This document shows positions 23,455 to 36,399 of a stretch of DNA of 64,000 nt, piece by piece. The notes below the pieces were generated by a model. That model searched no databases. It was not told where the DNA came from and was given only the letters and a program-made list of their open reading frames with translations. A program made the position numbers and the translations under genes. Location of the stretch: NCBI RefSeq assembly GCF_000143415.4, contig NW_003314427.1, forward strand, positions 62,001 to 126,000, written 5' to 3'. The DNA is from Selaginella moellendorffii (taxonomy: Eukaryota; Plantae; Lycopodiophyta). Positions within the stretch are counted from its first letter, which is position 1. Each line of letters starts with the position of its first letter.

Positions 23455-26400
23455 AATCTTAGGCAAAAAAACTATTGTGGAAACTTTAACAGTTCATAAA
23501 AAAGCTTGGATACCCATAAGTAGAAATACACTTGTTGATAATTTGGCTAATAGACGTTGAATCAATTCCAAGTCTGGATTGATATGCAATAAAATTTTGT
23601 GGAGTAAAAATCTCTTAAGGTGGACCACACTTGAGTAAGATAAATATGCTATGAAAAATAATGTTTGTTGCTCGAGAAATTTTTAGGACTTTCATATAAG
23701 AAATATCCTAGATATTTGGCCTCTAGAGGAAAGCCATTCCTATTACGCAATTGATTGGGAAGCTAGGTGTTTGCTCTTAAGAGTGACTGATAACCAAATT
23801 TACAAGGGGAATATATTGCATACTAAAACTTTGTACCACTCACTTTACAAATGAGGCATAATAACTAGGCTTGTTATAGTAGCAACGTTAATAGACCTTG
23901 AAATATATAAGCATAAACCAACAAATGATCTTACTTATAAAGCTTTAGAAGGCATGCTCCCTATACATAAAATTGTTACTATCTATACCAAACAAAGTGA
24001 TAGATATATAATATTTCCCTCACAATTTAACGACTGAAAGGTAGTTTGAAAATAAGTATTTATAAAATCTAGAATGAGATTACAAAGCACTTACTCGTGA
24101 TATTTACAATCTTAACTTCCCTTTAGAATAGACTAAATTATTGTTCAACTAAGCTAGAGAAAAGCTTAAAAGAGAGCGAGCTGAAAGCATATTGAGTACA
24201 TCTCAATGAAGAAGAGATAAAAAATCTTAATACAACTTTGACAGTCATCTAGAATACATAAATCCATATGTTACTCTTCTTTGGAAGCATCAGCATATAG
24301 AAAATGCCTCTGCTTCAGTTGAGAGTAATGGAATACAAAACAACTGAAGTGATTTTCCATAAAAGGAAGAAGAGCTATTTGTAGCCTTTACCTTTTAATA
24401 GTGATCCAAGTTCCTTTATGAACCAAACACCTATTTTGCTTATACTAGTTGCAAATCAGAGCATTTGTTGTCAAATTGCAATAAGCACAATATCAATTGC
24501 AAAAACGGCAATAAACACCATCATTACATATCCATCTTTTTCTAGAATTAAAAAAGAGAACTCACAACTGCATATTAAACAATACACAGATTCAATCAAA
24601 TTTAATCACGCAAATGGGTAGGAAATGAATCTTTTCCCCTATACACTAAAAAACAAAGCCAAAAATTAATATTATTGCAATGATGTCTAAAAACTTGGCA
24701 TATTTGATGAGTATATAAAGTTTTTTCTTAAAAATTTCTCCATGGAAATAAACCTAAGAGAAAACTATAGTGAGTTGCAAAAGTTTCATCAAAAAAAATT
24801 TGAGACAATCAAGGAATATACAACTTGATTTAACAAACATTATTGTAAAGACTTAATGTTAGACAAAATGCACCTATATCTATACATATAAAGCCTCAAG
24901 AAAATTTATCATAAACATGTGATAAAGAGAGCTTATATAGATTTTGATGACTTGAAAAAAGCTATAATTGCCTACCATAATCTCATAAAACAATATGAAA
25001 TGTTAGATATGGTGAAGCTAAATGAAAAGATAACTTTTATAAATAAGGAAACTAATCGTCTAAAAAACCTCAAATTGTAAATCAATCTCAAATAAGGGAT
25101 TTGGTGTACCAAATGAGGCCATAACAAGAAAGAATGCTAACTCTAGCTAATCAAGTGCCAAATTTATGAAAAAGAGGGGCATTCAAGTTAGGAATGTAGA
25201 ACTTTGTTTAAACAATTAGGAGGCCAACAAGCAACCTGAATTGATAAAACAACATATAGGTAAAGCTACTCATTTGATGATAAAAGTTATTATAGAAGGA
25301 ATGATTATAATGATAATTGAAGTGCCAAATATGAATACCCACGTACTAAAAGACAAAATGACCATCTGGATTATTTGCCTAGGGGTAATTTTTGAGATTA
25401 TCCACCTAGTTATGAGGAAAATAGGTTTAGAGACTATAATTGGCATAGAGAATATGATCAACCAAAAGGTTACAATAGGCTTAAAGAATATGAAAGGCTT
25501 AAAGAATATGAAAGGCTAAAAGAGTATGATCAAGCTAAGACTTCTACTCGCTATCTTAGGCAATATAATCATGCTGAATCATCTAGCAAGCATGATAAGC
25601 CTTTTAAGGATACACAACCTAGGCATGGTGAGATAGAATAATTAAATATAAAAGAGCTACCTAGTGTTTACGTCATGACTAAAGCCCAATGAAGAAAGGT
25701 TGAATCTGAAAGCCAAAATTAAGAGAGTGATGATGAAGTAGAAATCATCCCTAACTCTCAATGGCACAAAAAAAAAAATCAACGCAAAAATTACTTAACA
25801 ACTCCAAGATTTGCAACCATAAGTTAATTTGAGGAATAGTGATTTTAACACAGATAGTCTCACACCTTTACAAGCTAGTATAAATTAATCACTAGCTCAA
25901 AAGGAAAATCCTATACTAAAGCTAGATGACAAGGATGAGAAAAAGGCAGTGAAAGGCATTTTAAATGTTGGAGTTACATTTACTCTAGGCTAACTTTTCA
26001 TTATAGCACCTTAACTTAGAACCGTATTACTCAGAGAGCTTGCACATGTGGAAGGAGGAGGCACATATGCACAAGTTGTAAACCCCTTGGTTTGGACTTC
26101 CCGGGTGGTCTCCCAACCCAGTCGCCTAAGAAAGAAAAAACTTTAATTCTATTTATAACCATTGTAATTGAGCTAGGGGATTGTGATGATGAAGTTTCTT
26201 TAATTGATATAAAAATTGGCAAAAATCTATTATCTAAAACTTTTATTAATGATGACTCAAATGTAAATATTCTAGAAAAGAGTATTTACAAAGAATTAAG
26301 CCTAGGCCCAATTCAACTAGCCCTATTTAATGTATGAATGGCTGATGACCGAAGTGTCAGACCTATTAGAATTATTAGAAATTTGTTAATCAATATGGCT

Positions 26401-29400
26401 GGCTTAAAAGTATAAACTCAATTATATCATGCTTAAAATGATATGACAAGATTCTACCTATAAAACTTTACTATGCAAACATTGGCTAAAAATTTTTTGC
26501 ACAAACTAAAACTGGAAAAATGGTTTTTTGTGTATAGAGCAAAGTAACTAGAAAAGATCTATGCCCATTACTTCCACCATACAGTTGAAAAGGAAATATC
26601 AACCCCTCAAAACTCAATTTTGTGATTAGGAAGAAGGCTTAAATGATTTCTAAGAACAATAAATTTTAGAAGCTTTCCTTGAAATTGAGCCAGTTTCAGA
26701 AGTTGATTTCTATTCAATACTTAAAGAAGTACCTAGGCAAGAAGCCCCTAAACCAAACGTTGATACAGCTATAAGAGATTTCTCCCTAAAGGAGGATCTT
26801 GCCTATAAAATTGATTAACAGAAAAATTATATTCCACATGTTTCTTGTGATAAACCATCTGAGCAAATCAATTTAGTAAATAAGAATAATCTGTATATTG
26901 TTACAATTACTTAAGGATTGCAAAGTGAGTTTCACAATTAAAACATAAATTTACTAAAAGATTATAAGGAAATTATTGCTTAGTTTTACATAGATTTAAA
27001 AGGTATCCCACAAGAACTCTATATGTATCGTATTGAGATACTCTCAAAAAATATACCTAAAAGGCAGGTGCCCTATAAAATAAATCCCAATTACCATAGT
27101 AAAGTTAAGGAGGAAATCGATAAACTTCTATGGGTAAGATATTTATCCAATCTAGAATGTTCAATGGCTTTCACTACTTATAATTATGTATAAGAAAAAT
27201 GGCAAGTTACGAGTTTGTGTGAATTACAAAAAGCTAAATGATACAACAAAAAAAGGATATATTCCCTATTCCTTTCACAAATAAATTTTTAGATTCAATA
27301 GCAAGCCATAAGATATATTTATTTTTAGATAGATTTTCTAGTTATAACTAGGTGGAAGTAATGTCTAAAGATGAACACAAAATGGCTTTATAAGCATATA
27401 GGGAATTTATACCTATTGCAAAATGCTTTTTGATGTATGTAATGTTCTTTTTACATTTCAGAGAGTTGTGACAAACACTTTCAAAAAATATTTCACTAAT
27501 TTCATGAGAGTTTTTATAGATAATTTTAGTGTTTTTAACTCTAAAATAGATCATATAGTTTGTTTTCAATAATATAGAGAATATAACATTTCTTTTAATC
27601 TAAAGAAGTGTACTTTCTTTGTAAATTTTGGCATACTTCTAAGTTATATTGTATACAAGGAACGCATTCTTGTAGACAAAGACAAAACTCAAGTGATTTA
27701 AATAATGTCTTCACCATATGACTTAAAAAGTCTCTATTGCTTTTAAGGCAAAGTTGATTATCATAGATGATTTATAAAAGTTTATGCAAAGATTTTCAAG
27801 CCATTTCCTGATCTTTTAAAGAAAGATACTCCATTTATATGGAATGAAATTTATAAAGAAGCATTTTTAAGGCTTAAACAATGCTTCAAAGAGACACCTA
27901 TACTTGTTAAACTAGATTGGACAAAAAGGTTTTACTTACAGATGGATATGTTTTATGTTGCCACAGGTGTAATATTGTCCAAAATATAAAGTGATCAAAA
28001 ATATCATCTTATCTATTATGACAGTAGACATTTAAATCTTGCTGAGCATAACTACACAATAATTAAAACAAAGGCTTTAGGCGTAATTTATGCTTTATAA
28101 AAATTTAGGCATTATCTTTTGGCAAAAAAAGTAATTATCTTTGCTATTCTTTTATATGTTATTAATAAGCCATGCATATCTACTTGACTAACTAGATGGT
28201 TTTTACTATTACAAGAATATAATCTTAAAATAGTACATAGGCTTGGAAAATTCTATGAACAAGCCGATTGCCTAAGCTGCATCATTACAAAAGAGTCACC
28301 TAATATTAAGGTAGATGAACTCCTAGATACTCACTTATTTGCAATCTTTGTACTAACCACTTAGAAGATATATAAATCTATCTTTCTATATACATCATTC
28401 CACCCCGCCATGACTTGCTAGAAAGAAAGAAGTTGTTTGCCTTGAGGACATAACCTTATTTTGTCGTGAAGGAGCACCTATATAAATTAAGTATCAATGG
28501 AACACTAAGGAGATGTATTAATATTTAAGAAAAAAGAAATGAAATCTTAAAAGAAGTTCATTTATACCCATCAAGAGGCTATTTTTGCAAATGAAATCAC
28601 TATTAAAAAAGTCTTATAACCAGGGTTATGGTGGTTTATGGTTTGGAAAGATACAATGTTTTTTTGCAAAAATTGTGATATTTGCCAAAGGCATAAACTA
28701 CTGTCTAAAAAGCAAATACATAAACCAAATCCTACTTATTCATATGAAACATTTCCTAAATAGGGATTAGATTTTGTAGGTTCTATGGTGATAAGTAGTA
28801 AGAGGGACAAATACATTTTAGTCATCACTAATATATGACTAAATGGGTAGAAGCTATACTTATGAAACAAGCCTCAACTGCTAATACTGCCAAATTCTTC
28901 TATGAAAATATGATTGTAAAATTAATTTTCCTAAAGAGATTGTCATAGATAGAAGCACCTATTTCATCAATGAAACAATAAAAATTCTTATATAAAAATT
29001 TATTCTTAAGTACAAAAAATCCACACCATATTACCTGCAAGGTAATGATCAAACTAAATGTACTAACAAAGTGCTTAAAAATATCTTGAAAAAGATTGTA
29101 AAGGATAATAAAAAAGACTGGGATGAGAAAATCTTAGATACTTTGCGGGCTTATAAGACTGCATATAAAGTATCTATAGATAAGATACCATTTTGTCTTA
29201 TCTATGTAGAAAGCTTTAATTCTTATAAAATTTATAATTCGCTCTTTGCGTATTATAATTAAAAATGGCTTAGATGAAAAAGAAGCTCTTAAGAAAAGAC
29301 TTGCCGAAATAGAAAACTTAGATGAGCTGAAGCTTAGAGCAATCTAAACCCTATATGCAATTCAAAAAACTAGAAAGGCTAGGCATGATAGATAATTGAA

Positions 29401-29620
29401 AATATCTTATGAGCTTAAACCAAAAGATAAAGTCCTTTAGTATCAAGGTAAAATAGATGCTCTTAGAAATAAATTCAAAAGAAAATAGAATGGGCCATTT
29501 ATTTTATTTAAGATATCAATTCCAAAAATGGTTAAAGTGCATATTTTAAACATGGATGATACTGCAATATTAAATTTAAACCGTTCAAGAAAGTATCATG
29601 AAGATATAAACATAAATATT
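23455..29620 (+). mobile_element. Degenerate Ty3/gypsy family A, near-complete gag-PR-RT-RH-INT relic
   Basis: Ordered decayed motifs: zinc knuckles (~25100-25200), RT (LRVCVNY.KLN, FLDRFSSY), RNaseH (IYY.SR.LN.AE.NY) and integrase (KWVEA, TPYY.QGN.Q.K..NK), i.e. the RT-RH-INT order of gypsy elements. Confidence 0.9.
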
Positions 29621-30471
29621 ATCTATATCTTAAGGTATAAAAGTTCCATGGAAAGAAATCAAGGGATATATTAGATAGATATTTCTTTCTCTAGAGTAGG
29701 CTTTTTTTCAAAATTTTGCTGGTATGGCCTATAAAAAGTTTCTCCAAGCAATGCAAGACTTAGAGGAAAAGAAAAGAAGGGGCAAATACTCTAAAAGTAA
29801 TATCTACATTTTTCTTGCCCAATTCTATGAACTCTACCAACAAACCATAAGGATTAATAAGCAGAGATTACTAGACCAACAAGGAAAATAATTTTCCACA
29901 ATACATTTGCATACAAAAGCAAACAAATGTAAGAGGACAAAACTTAGGGTTCACACAATAAGGTAGGGTGACCTAGGTAATTTGGAAGCAGCTAAAAAGT
30001 TTCTTTTTCTCTCTCACTCTTTCCCTTTCACTTACTCCACCATCAAGATGCACTAACACTCCAAGCTTAGCTCTGAAGCAATGTATGGCAGCTCAAATAT
30101 TGCTTAGGGCTACGTAAGAATAAATGCCATCACCGCCGCTTACTAGATCGAGCATACCCTCAATTAGGCGAAGTGATCTTGTCCTCACACCACTACCACA
30201 AGTCGTCAACTGCACTCTTGAAACACTATTGATGCAAGGTCTCTTTTGGGCACCTCCATTAGCACCACACTATGTCTCCCAGTTGCTTAACATTGAGTGT
30301 TTTGCCTACAAATTTCCACGGACGGCAAAAATGCATAGACAAGACAAACGTGTGGAGAAAATCTCATTTAATGACAAGGATCTTGATTATAGCTAAGTAA
30401 AGCTATCTAGGGAGCTTGTGCTTTCTCCCTATGATAAGTTTTAGTTTAATGTTTTTAGGTTACTTGCCTAT

Positions 30472-30663
30472 TGTAAGCTCCTGAGTTTGGACTTCCCGGG
30501 AGGTCACCCAACCCAGTACTATTCAAACCCAAGGACACTTAACCCTAAGTATCCCAAGACCCTTAACCGATTGGAAAAGGGTGCACTCTTATTCATGGGC
30601 CCTTTCCCTCTATATTTGAACCCCATGGATCGTCTCTCAAGTCGTTCCCTTTGGTTGCTTACA
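30472..30663 (-). mobile_element. Cassandra-like solo LTR (192 bp) carrying a 5S rRNA-derived pol III internal promoter; TSD CCTAT
   Basis: TGTAAGC...GCTTACA termini; CCTAT on both sides. Minus strand 30544-30489 reads GGTTAAGTGTCCTTGGGTTTGAATAGTACTGGGTTGGGTGACCTCCCGGGAAGTCC, matching the A-box/IE/C-box half of plant 5S rRNA. Confidence 0.88.
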
Positions 30664-30956
30664 CCTATGTGGAGCTACTCAAAGGAAAAATATCAATCAA
30701 GTAAGGGATCAAGCTTATGTAGAAGTGGTATATAACGAAGTATGTTTTTCTTTTCTATAGATGAGTCCATCCCTTTAGACTCACACAGTTTGCTCAGATT
30801 TTTCACCTAGAAAATGAGGTCGAAATAATCATGATAAGCACGAAGGATCGCATGCCCAATCAATATGTCCTCATAACTACACATTTGAACAAGGAGGCAA
30901 CTTCACCTACTTGAAACCTGATAATCATGCTAGGCTTAAGGTTATGTATGCTATCA

Positions 30957-32513
30957 TGTAAGCGACTAATTTTTCCATTCTACTTTAATCACTTAACCAC
31001 ACCTCCGACCACTTGAAAGAGTCTCATTCACAACTTCCATAAGTCCAATTCAAGACTTAGGGCTTGCTAGCCCCGAGAGTGGCATCCATGCCACTCAACC
31101 TTTGCACTTGGTCCAAGTTCTCCACATGTCCGATCTCATGATCGACACCCAAAGGTACCACTGACATATTGGCCCATTACGCTAAGACCATGTCCATTTA
31201 CCTTTGCCACATTGGTGGTCTAACACCACTTGCCTCACAGTCTCATCTTTTATAAACTGGGCCATCCGTCCATGAGTGGTCATCCCAGATCCACTCCTTA
31301 TCATCCTTAGGATGCCCACAGACATGGGGAATAACATTCCTCAATATCCCTTTTCCAATCCTTACCAAGTCCCTTTTTATCCATGGCTATATTCGCCGAC
31401 ACTGCTATTGGGTCAAAGCTCACAGGCCTGACCATTAAGTCCCACTGTCTTTTAGGACTTCCACACCATATGACCATAGCTTTTGTCACTACACTAGAGG
31501 ATTGCCCCTCTTCCTTTCCACAATCGGGGACTTTGGGACAATATTTCGGAACACCGTGGCCCTACGCGAGCCTTATGGGTACTCTCCCCACCTTCCACTT
31601 TTGGGTGCTCTAGCCATGGGCTTAGAGTGAGGTTCCGTTGAGTCATGCCAGGCATCCAAGTAGATAGTGCCACCCACGCTTGGATTGGGAGCATTGACCA
31701 TTCGATTTCCCAAGGGAACTAGAGTTGGCTCTTGAACACTTTTCACCAAAATACCCCGCTTGTTGGTCCATGTTCACTTTAATCTTGGACTTCTTAGTGG
31801 ACATCCCATCACCCAACACCTGGGTACAACCTTCCTGGGCCAAACTAGCCTTTCCTGGCCAAACTGACTCCACTAGAGTCCTCCCTCTACTATCACCAAA
31901 CCCCCTAGGGTTTGGGAGATGAACGCTTTGGGCTTTCACCCTTGGATTCGAACTCAAACTCAAACTCAGACTCGAACTCGAGCTCAGGCTCAAACTTGGT
32001 CTCGACCTCGGCCTCGGTCTCGGTCTTAGTCTCGATCCCAGTCTTGTTCTCGGTCTCGGTCTCGGTCTCAATCTCAGACTCCATCTTGGGTCCTTCTTGG
32101 ACTCCATCTCAAGTCCATCTCGGACTCCATCTCAGTCCATCTCAGACTCCATCTCAGGCCCATCTTGGACTCCATCTCGGGTCCATCTCGGACTCCATTA
32201 GATCCATCTCAGGTCCATCTCAAACTCCATCTCAGACTCCATCTCGGGTCCATCTTAGAATCCATCTCGGTCCATCTTAGACTCCACCACGTGTTGTGTG
32301 TTAGTCCTCTTGTGTCCCTTTTCTAGAGACTCTCTTATTGCTCGCTTTGTGCTTATTCCTTGAACGCTTCGTTGGGAGTTCCACTCCCGCTCTCGACTTT
32401 TCAAGTCGAAGCTTTTAGTCCAAACATGTTATTCTCATTTGGCTTTCACTTCGGCCACTACCACGTGGCACCCTTTTGGCTCCACTTTGGGGCTTTGGGA
32501 TTTATGTCTCACA
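30957..32513 (-). mobile_element. Solo LTR of family B with near-perfect TSD (TATCA/CATCA)
   Basis: TGTAAG...CTCACA termini; full-length homology to 20375-22136. Confidence 0.93.
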
Positions 32514-34831
32514 CATCATCGACAAGAAGACAGTTGCACAAAATGTTAGTATTAAGATAGTTCGCCTATTGAAAGCTATCAAGACTAGACCACAAATAAA
32601 CATAGCTCATTTTGCCTACAATGGATTTGTGGCAAAAATGAAAATATTGCTTTACAAGTATGCAAAGGAAGGCATAAAAGTTTTCATCTTTTTGTGGCGC
32701 ATCTACAAGCATTACACAACTTAGGAGAATCTCATGCCTTACCTTGCCATTGAGGCACCACCTCCAATATCTCCTTTGAGGGAGATAGTGAGAGATGTGG
32801 ATGTGGAGCAAAATCTCGATGACATGGATTCAAGTGAGGAAAATTCTCCCCTCAAAACAGAATTCCACCTAGATTTGAAAATCCAAGCTGCGAGACCTCT
32901 AGGGTTTGCTCTGCAGAAATCCAATGGCCGAGTATATCATGGAAAAGTTGGATGCAACAACTATAGTGATAAAATGCAACACCTGGATTAGGAACAAAGT
33001 TGTGACTCATTTATGTCTACAAAGATAACTCTGATATTAATACAAATCTCTTCGAGCATCAAGAAAGTGATGAGTATACAAATGGACAACATTAGGCAAA
33101 TGATGGATGCCAAAGTTGTGGAAGAAATTCCACAACTTAAGCCACAAAGTCCAACACATGATGCACCTACAAATGTTGTAAAACCATTGACTGTAGATAT
33201 AGCCAATGAGGCAAGTTTAAGCCAAGAAGATCATAGCCAAGAAACTTAATGGGACAAAAAGGGCGCAATTACAAAAGAGGATTTAGGTGAAGTGGAGGAA
33301 TTCTTCTCTAGTCCACTTACGCATTTGATAGTGACACACCCTCGGCTGACCAATTTAGCGAGATGAGGCAGCCATAGCAGTAGCAAATGCTATAGTAGCA
33401 CTACAAGGTCAAGGCTAGCTGCGCCTTCGCTCACAAGACCGCAAGTCAGCTGAGCAAGCCAACAGTCCGAAGCTTTATGGAGAAGCTTGCTCAACACACC
33501 AATAGAACATGTAAGCAGTCAGTCTATGAGTTGATGCAGCTGGTAGAAAAAGAAGAAACAACAAAATATTATATATGGGTCTTAAGTTATCTCAAAACAA
33601 TCATCAAGAAAGTGGATGGACTCATGGGTGAGTAGAATTATCAACACCACATAATCCAAGAACTCAAAAGTGCAATCCTGACTTCCACATCCACTGATAT
33701 TGTAGTGCACCTGAATTTGGAGCCGAACTCCAAGCCTGTTGCACTACGAAACGAGGGTGCGGTACAATCCCACGAGCACCAGCTCCCTGTATCCAGCACT
33801 TGCATGCAAAATGGTGTCAAACAAAGTCTGGCACAATTTTGGCATACTGTTGGCCTAACACGAGGAGGAGGGTACCCCACCGACTAGAGTAGTGTGGAGC
33901 TTGGGCTTAGACCCAAGCCGGACACAGAACAAGGAGCAACACAGCCCAACGGAAGCCAAACTAATGTCTAAGGTGGTCGGACATGCATTCCAACCACTAT
34001 CCCTGCTATACATTTGGACCCCCCCAAAGGGCCCCCCCCCCCCCCCACCAGCCTTGAGGGACACACGCTTTGGGCTTTCACCCCAAGCCTCCCTTAGTAC
34101 CAGGAGTTAGTCTCTGGGACAAGTCCGAAACTTATTAAATATGGAATGGTGTTAAATTGCGAATTTGAACACAGGACGAATACCATTGTGTTCAGGCGGA
34201 TCTTTACATTCCGTATATATGCCAAATGAGCTAATCTAGACACTTTCCATAAATAGCATTTGGGACCGAAATGAGACTAACACAAAGGGCACGATAGCGA
34301 GGGTGTTTGGCAAACACGGTAAGCTATCATCTGGTGATATTGAGGGACTAGTCTCAATATGCGAGAGTTCTTGCCAAGCTAGTGCAAGACAAAGCAAAAG
34401 AAAACTAACAAGTCGGGCTAAGTATATTTGGCTAAATAGACACTTAGGAATTCTTTCCTTATACTCATCCGGCCAAGTACAGATGCTAAGTCTAATTTAC
34501 TAACACTTGGACAAGAGGGGCTAATAAAGGGAACTAGCAATACTGACCTTCTGCTGTCGTGGCAGTAAGGAAAGAGTGCTCGTAAAGACTAACTGATAAG
34601 TATCTTTCAATACCCGAAGTCACATTCACGACAGATGCAGAGCACATCAACCGCTAGGACCAATGCATCACAATGCTCAACCAGGAAAATTAATTCATGC
34701 GTCAAGAACTCAATGATCTATATTGAAGTATTGAGTTTATCACTATGAAGACCAAGCTTAGCAACTTAGAGCAGGATTTGGAAAATTCAACTGCCTGAGG
34801 ATAGGCAATAGCTTTGTTATGGGGGAGTGAT

Positions 34832-35295
34832 GAAGAAGTAAATTTTTTATCTTGTGTATTATCCCAAGCAAATTAAAAGAAAAAAACTTAAGCAAAATAG
34901 AGTTATGTCTAAGCTTAGGCATCCAAAGAAAAAAGACCCAACCTAGGCAACGCTCATCATAGACAAGTGAGAAGCAATTAGAAATGGTTACAAAATCATT
35001 AAGTATATAAATAACACTTAAATATGCTAGAAAACAACCCCCACTCATTGTTGTATGCATTTGCATTGAATTAACCATTTTTTCTTCTACCTATAACTGT
35101 TTATGCAGAGTAGAGTAGAGAGAGTGACATGTGTTTATCCTTATCCATGTCTTTGGGGTTTGAGACTAAGTTCTCTTCTATTCTCTTCTCATTTTTCTTC
35201 TCTTTTCTACATTCTTGTTTTTCTTTTTCTTTTCTTTTTTGTCACTATTTTGCAAGTAGGGGCAAGAATGTGAGTATAAGTATAAAAAGCCTTAC
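34832..35295. repeat. Dispersed repeat, copy of 18590-19003
   Basis: Direct-orientation homology visible by eye. Confidence 0.75.
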
Positions 35296-36399
35296 TTAGA
35301 AGTATGAGGCTAAATGTTCAAACTTATATGGTGATGAGATGAACTTTAAGAGTGATCATATTTTCTAGCTTGGTGATAAGCTTATCAAGTGAGAGATCCT
35401 GATTTGGAGAGCATTTGACACAATGATCAAAGGATTGCATATATTAAGCGAGTGATGGAGTATCTAGTCTGCTATAAGAATAATGGAAGCGTGGAAAATC
35501 CAGGTAGTGGAAGGGCTGGATGACAACACCAAGCATGACCTAAGAATAAACATGTAGAACTATTCAATTATAGGTAATATATTTTATTTTAGAATGATAT
35601 TTCCACTATAAAATGATTATAACAAATAAGGTATTAAAAGTGTAGTGTTTGGTTTAGAAATGGCTCACTTGCTTGCACACTCTTTGTTCTTTGCTATGAC
35701 TTCAATCTTGCTACTAGCATGTAGTCTTGGCTGTGAACTGCCAAACTCCCATTTCTACTACTACCAGGCACTTGAATCTCCATAAGCATCCTTCCCAATT
35801 GCTAGAAATTCATGCAAAGAATTGTTATATAATGTTCTTAAATCTTGCTTGATCCAATTTTTGATGTGGGTTGCTGAAATCTCTCAATCTCCTACTGGCT
35901 TTATGCTCTGCTTGCTATTGCTTCCTAGTTAGTGCCTTTGCACAGCCTAGTGCCTTGATGCAATGCCTCAAGCATCTAGCACATCTACCAAAAGCTTCAA
36001 GCATTGCAAAAAGGGACTGCAATCAAGAGGCTCACCTCCTCCTTGTCATTGGCCTCCTAGCTAGCAAGTGCCATGCCTTGGATTAGGGAGCCAATTGCTC
36101 CAATACCATGTTAGCAGTGAAGAGATGCGCACGAGGAGGAAGAACTTTCTCTGTGTATTCAATTGTATATGGATGGACTGCCATGTAGGTAGAACTACAT
36201 GCCACATCATCTCTACCTCTAATAGAGGATTTACAAGATTTATTTCACATAAATCTTGAAGGTGTGAATCAGTTTTGTATCTGTGATATTACCATTGATA
36301 TGTGAAGCATGCCAAATATTATAGTATTGTGGAATGAAAATCATCACTAAATATTTGTGACAACTATAAGGTTTATTATTGGTTTGAATCATAGGAAAG

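Noticed and set aside
30489-30544. Functional 5S rRNA gene
   Set aside because: Only the internal ~56 nt match; both 5S ends are missing and it lies within a TSD-flanked LTR.
32560-33640. Short ORFs after the last solo LTR
   Set aside because: Stop-ridden, probably a decayed TE ORF; no diagnostic motif seen.
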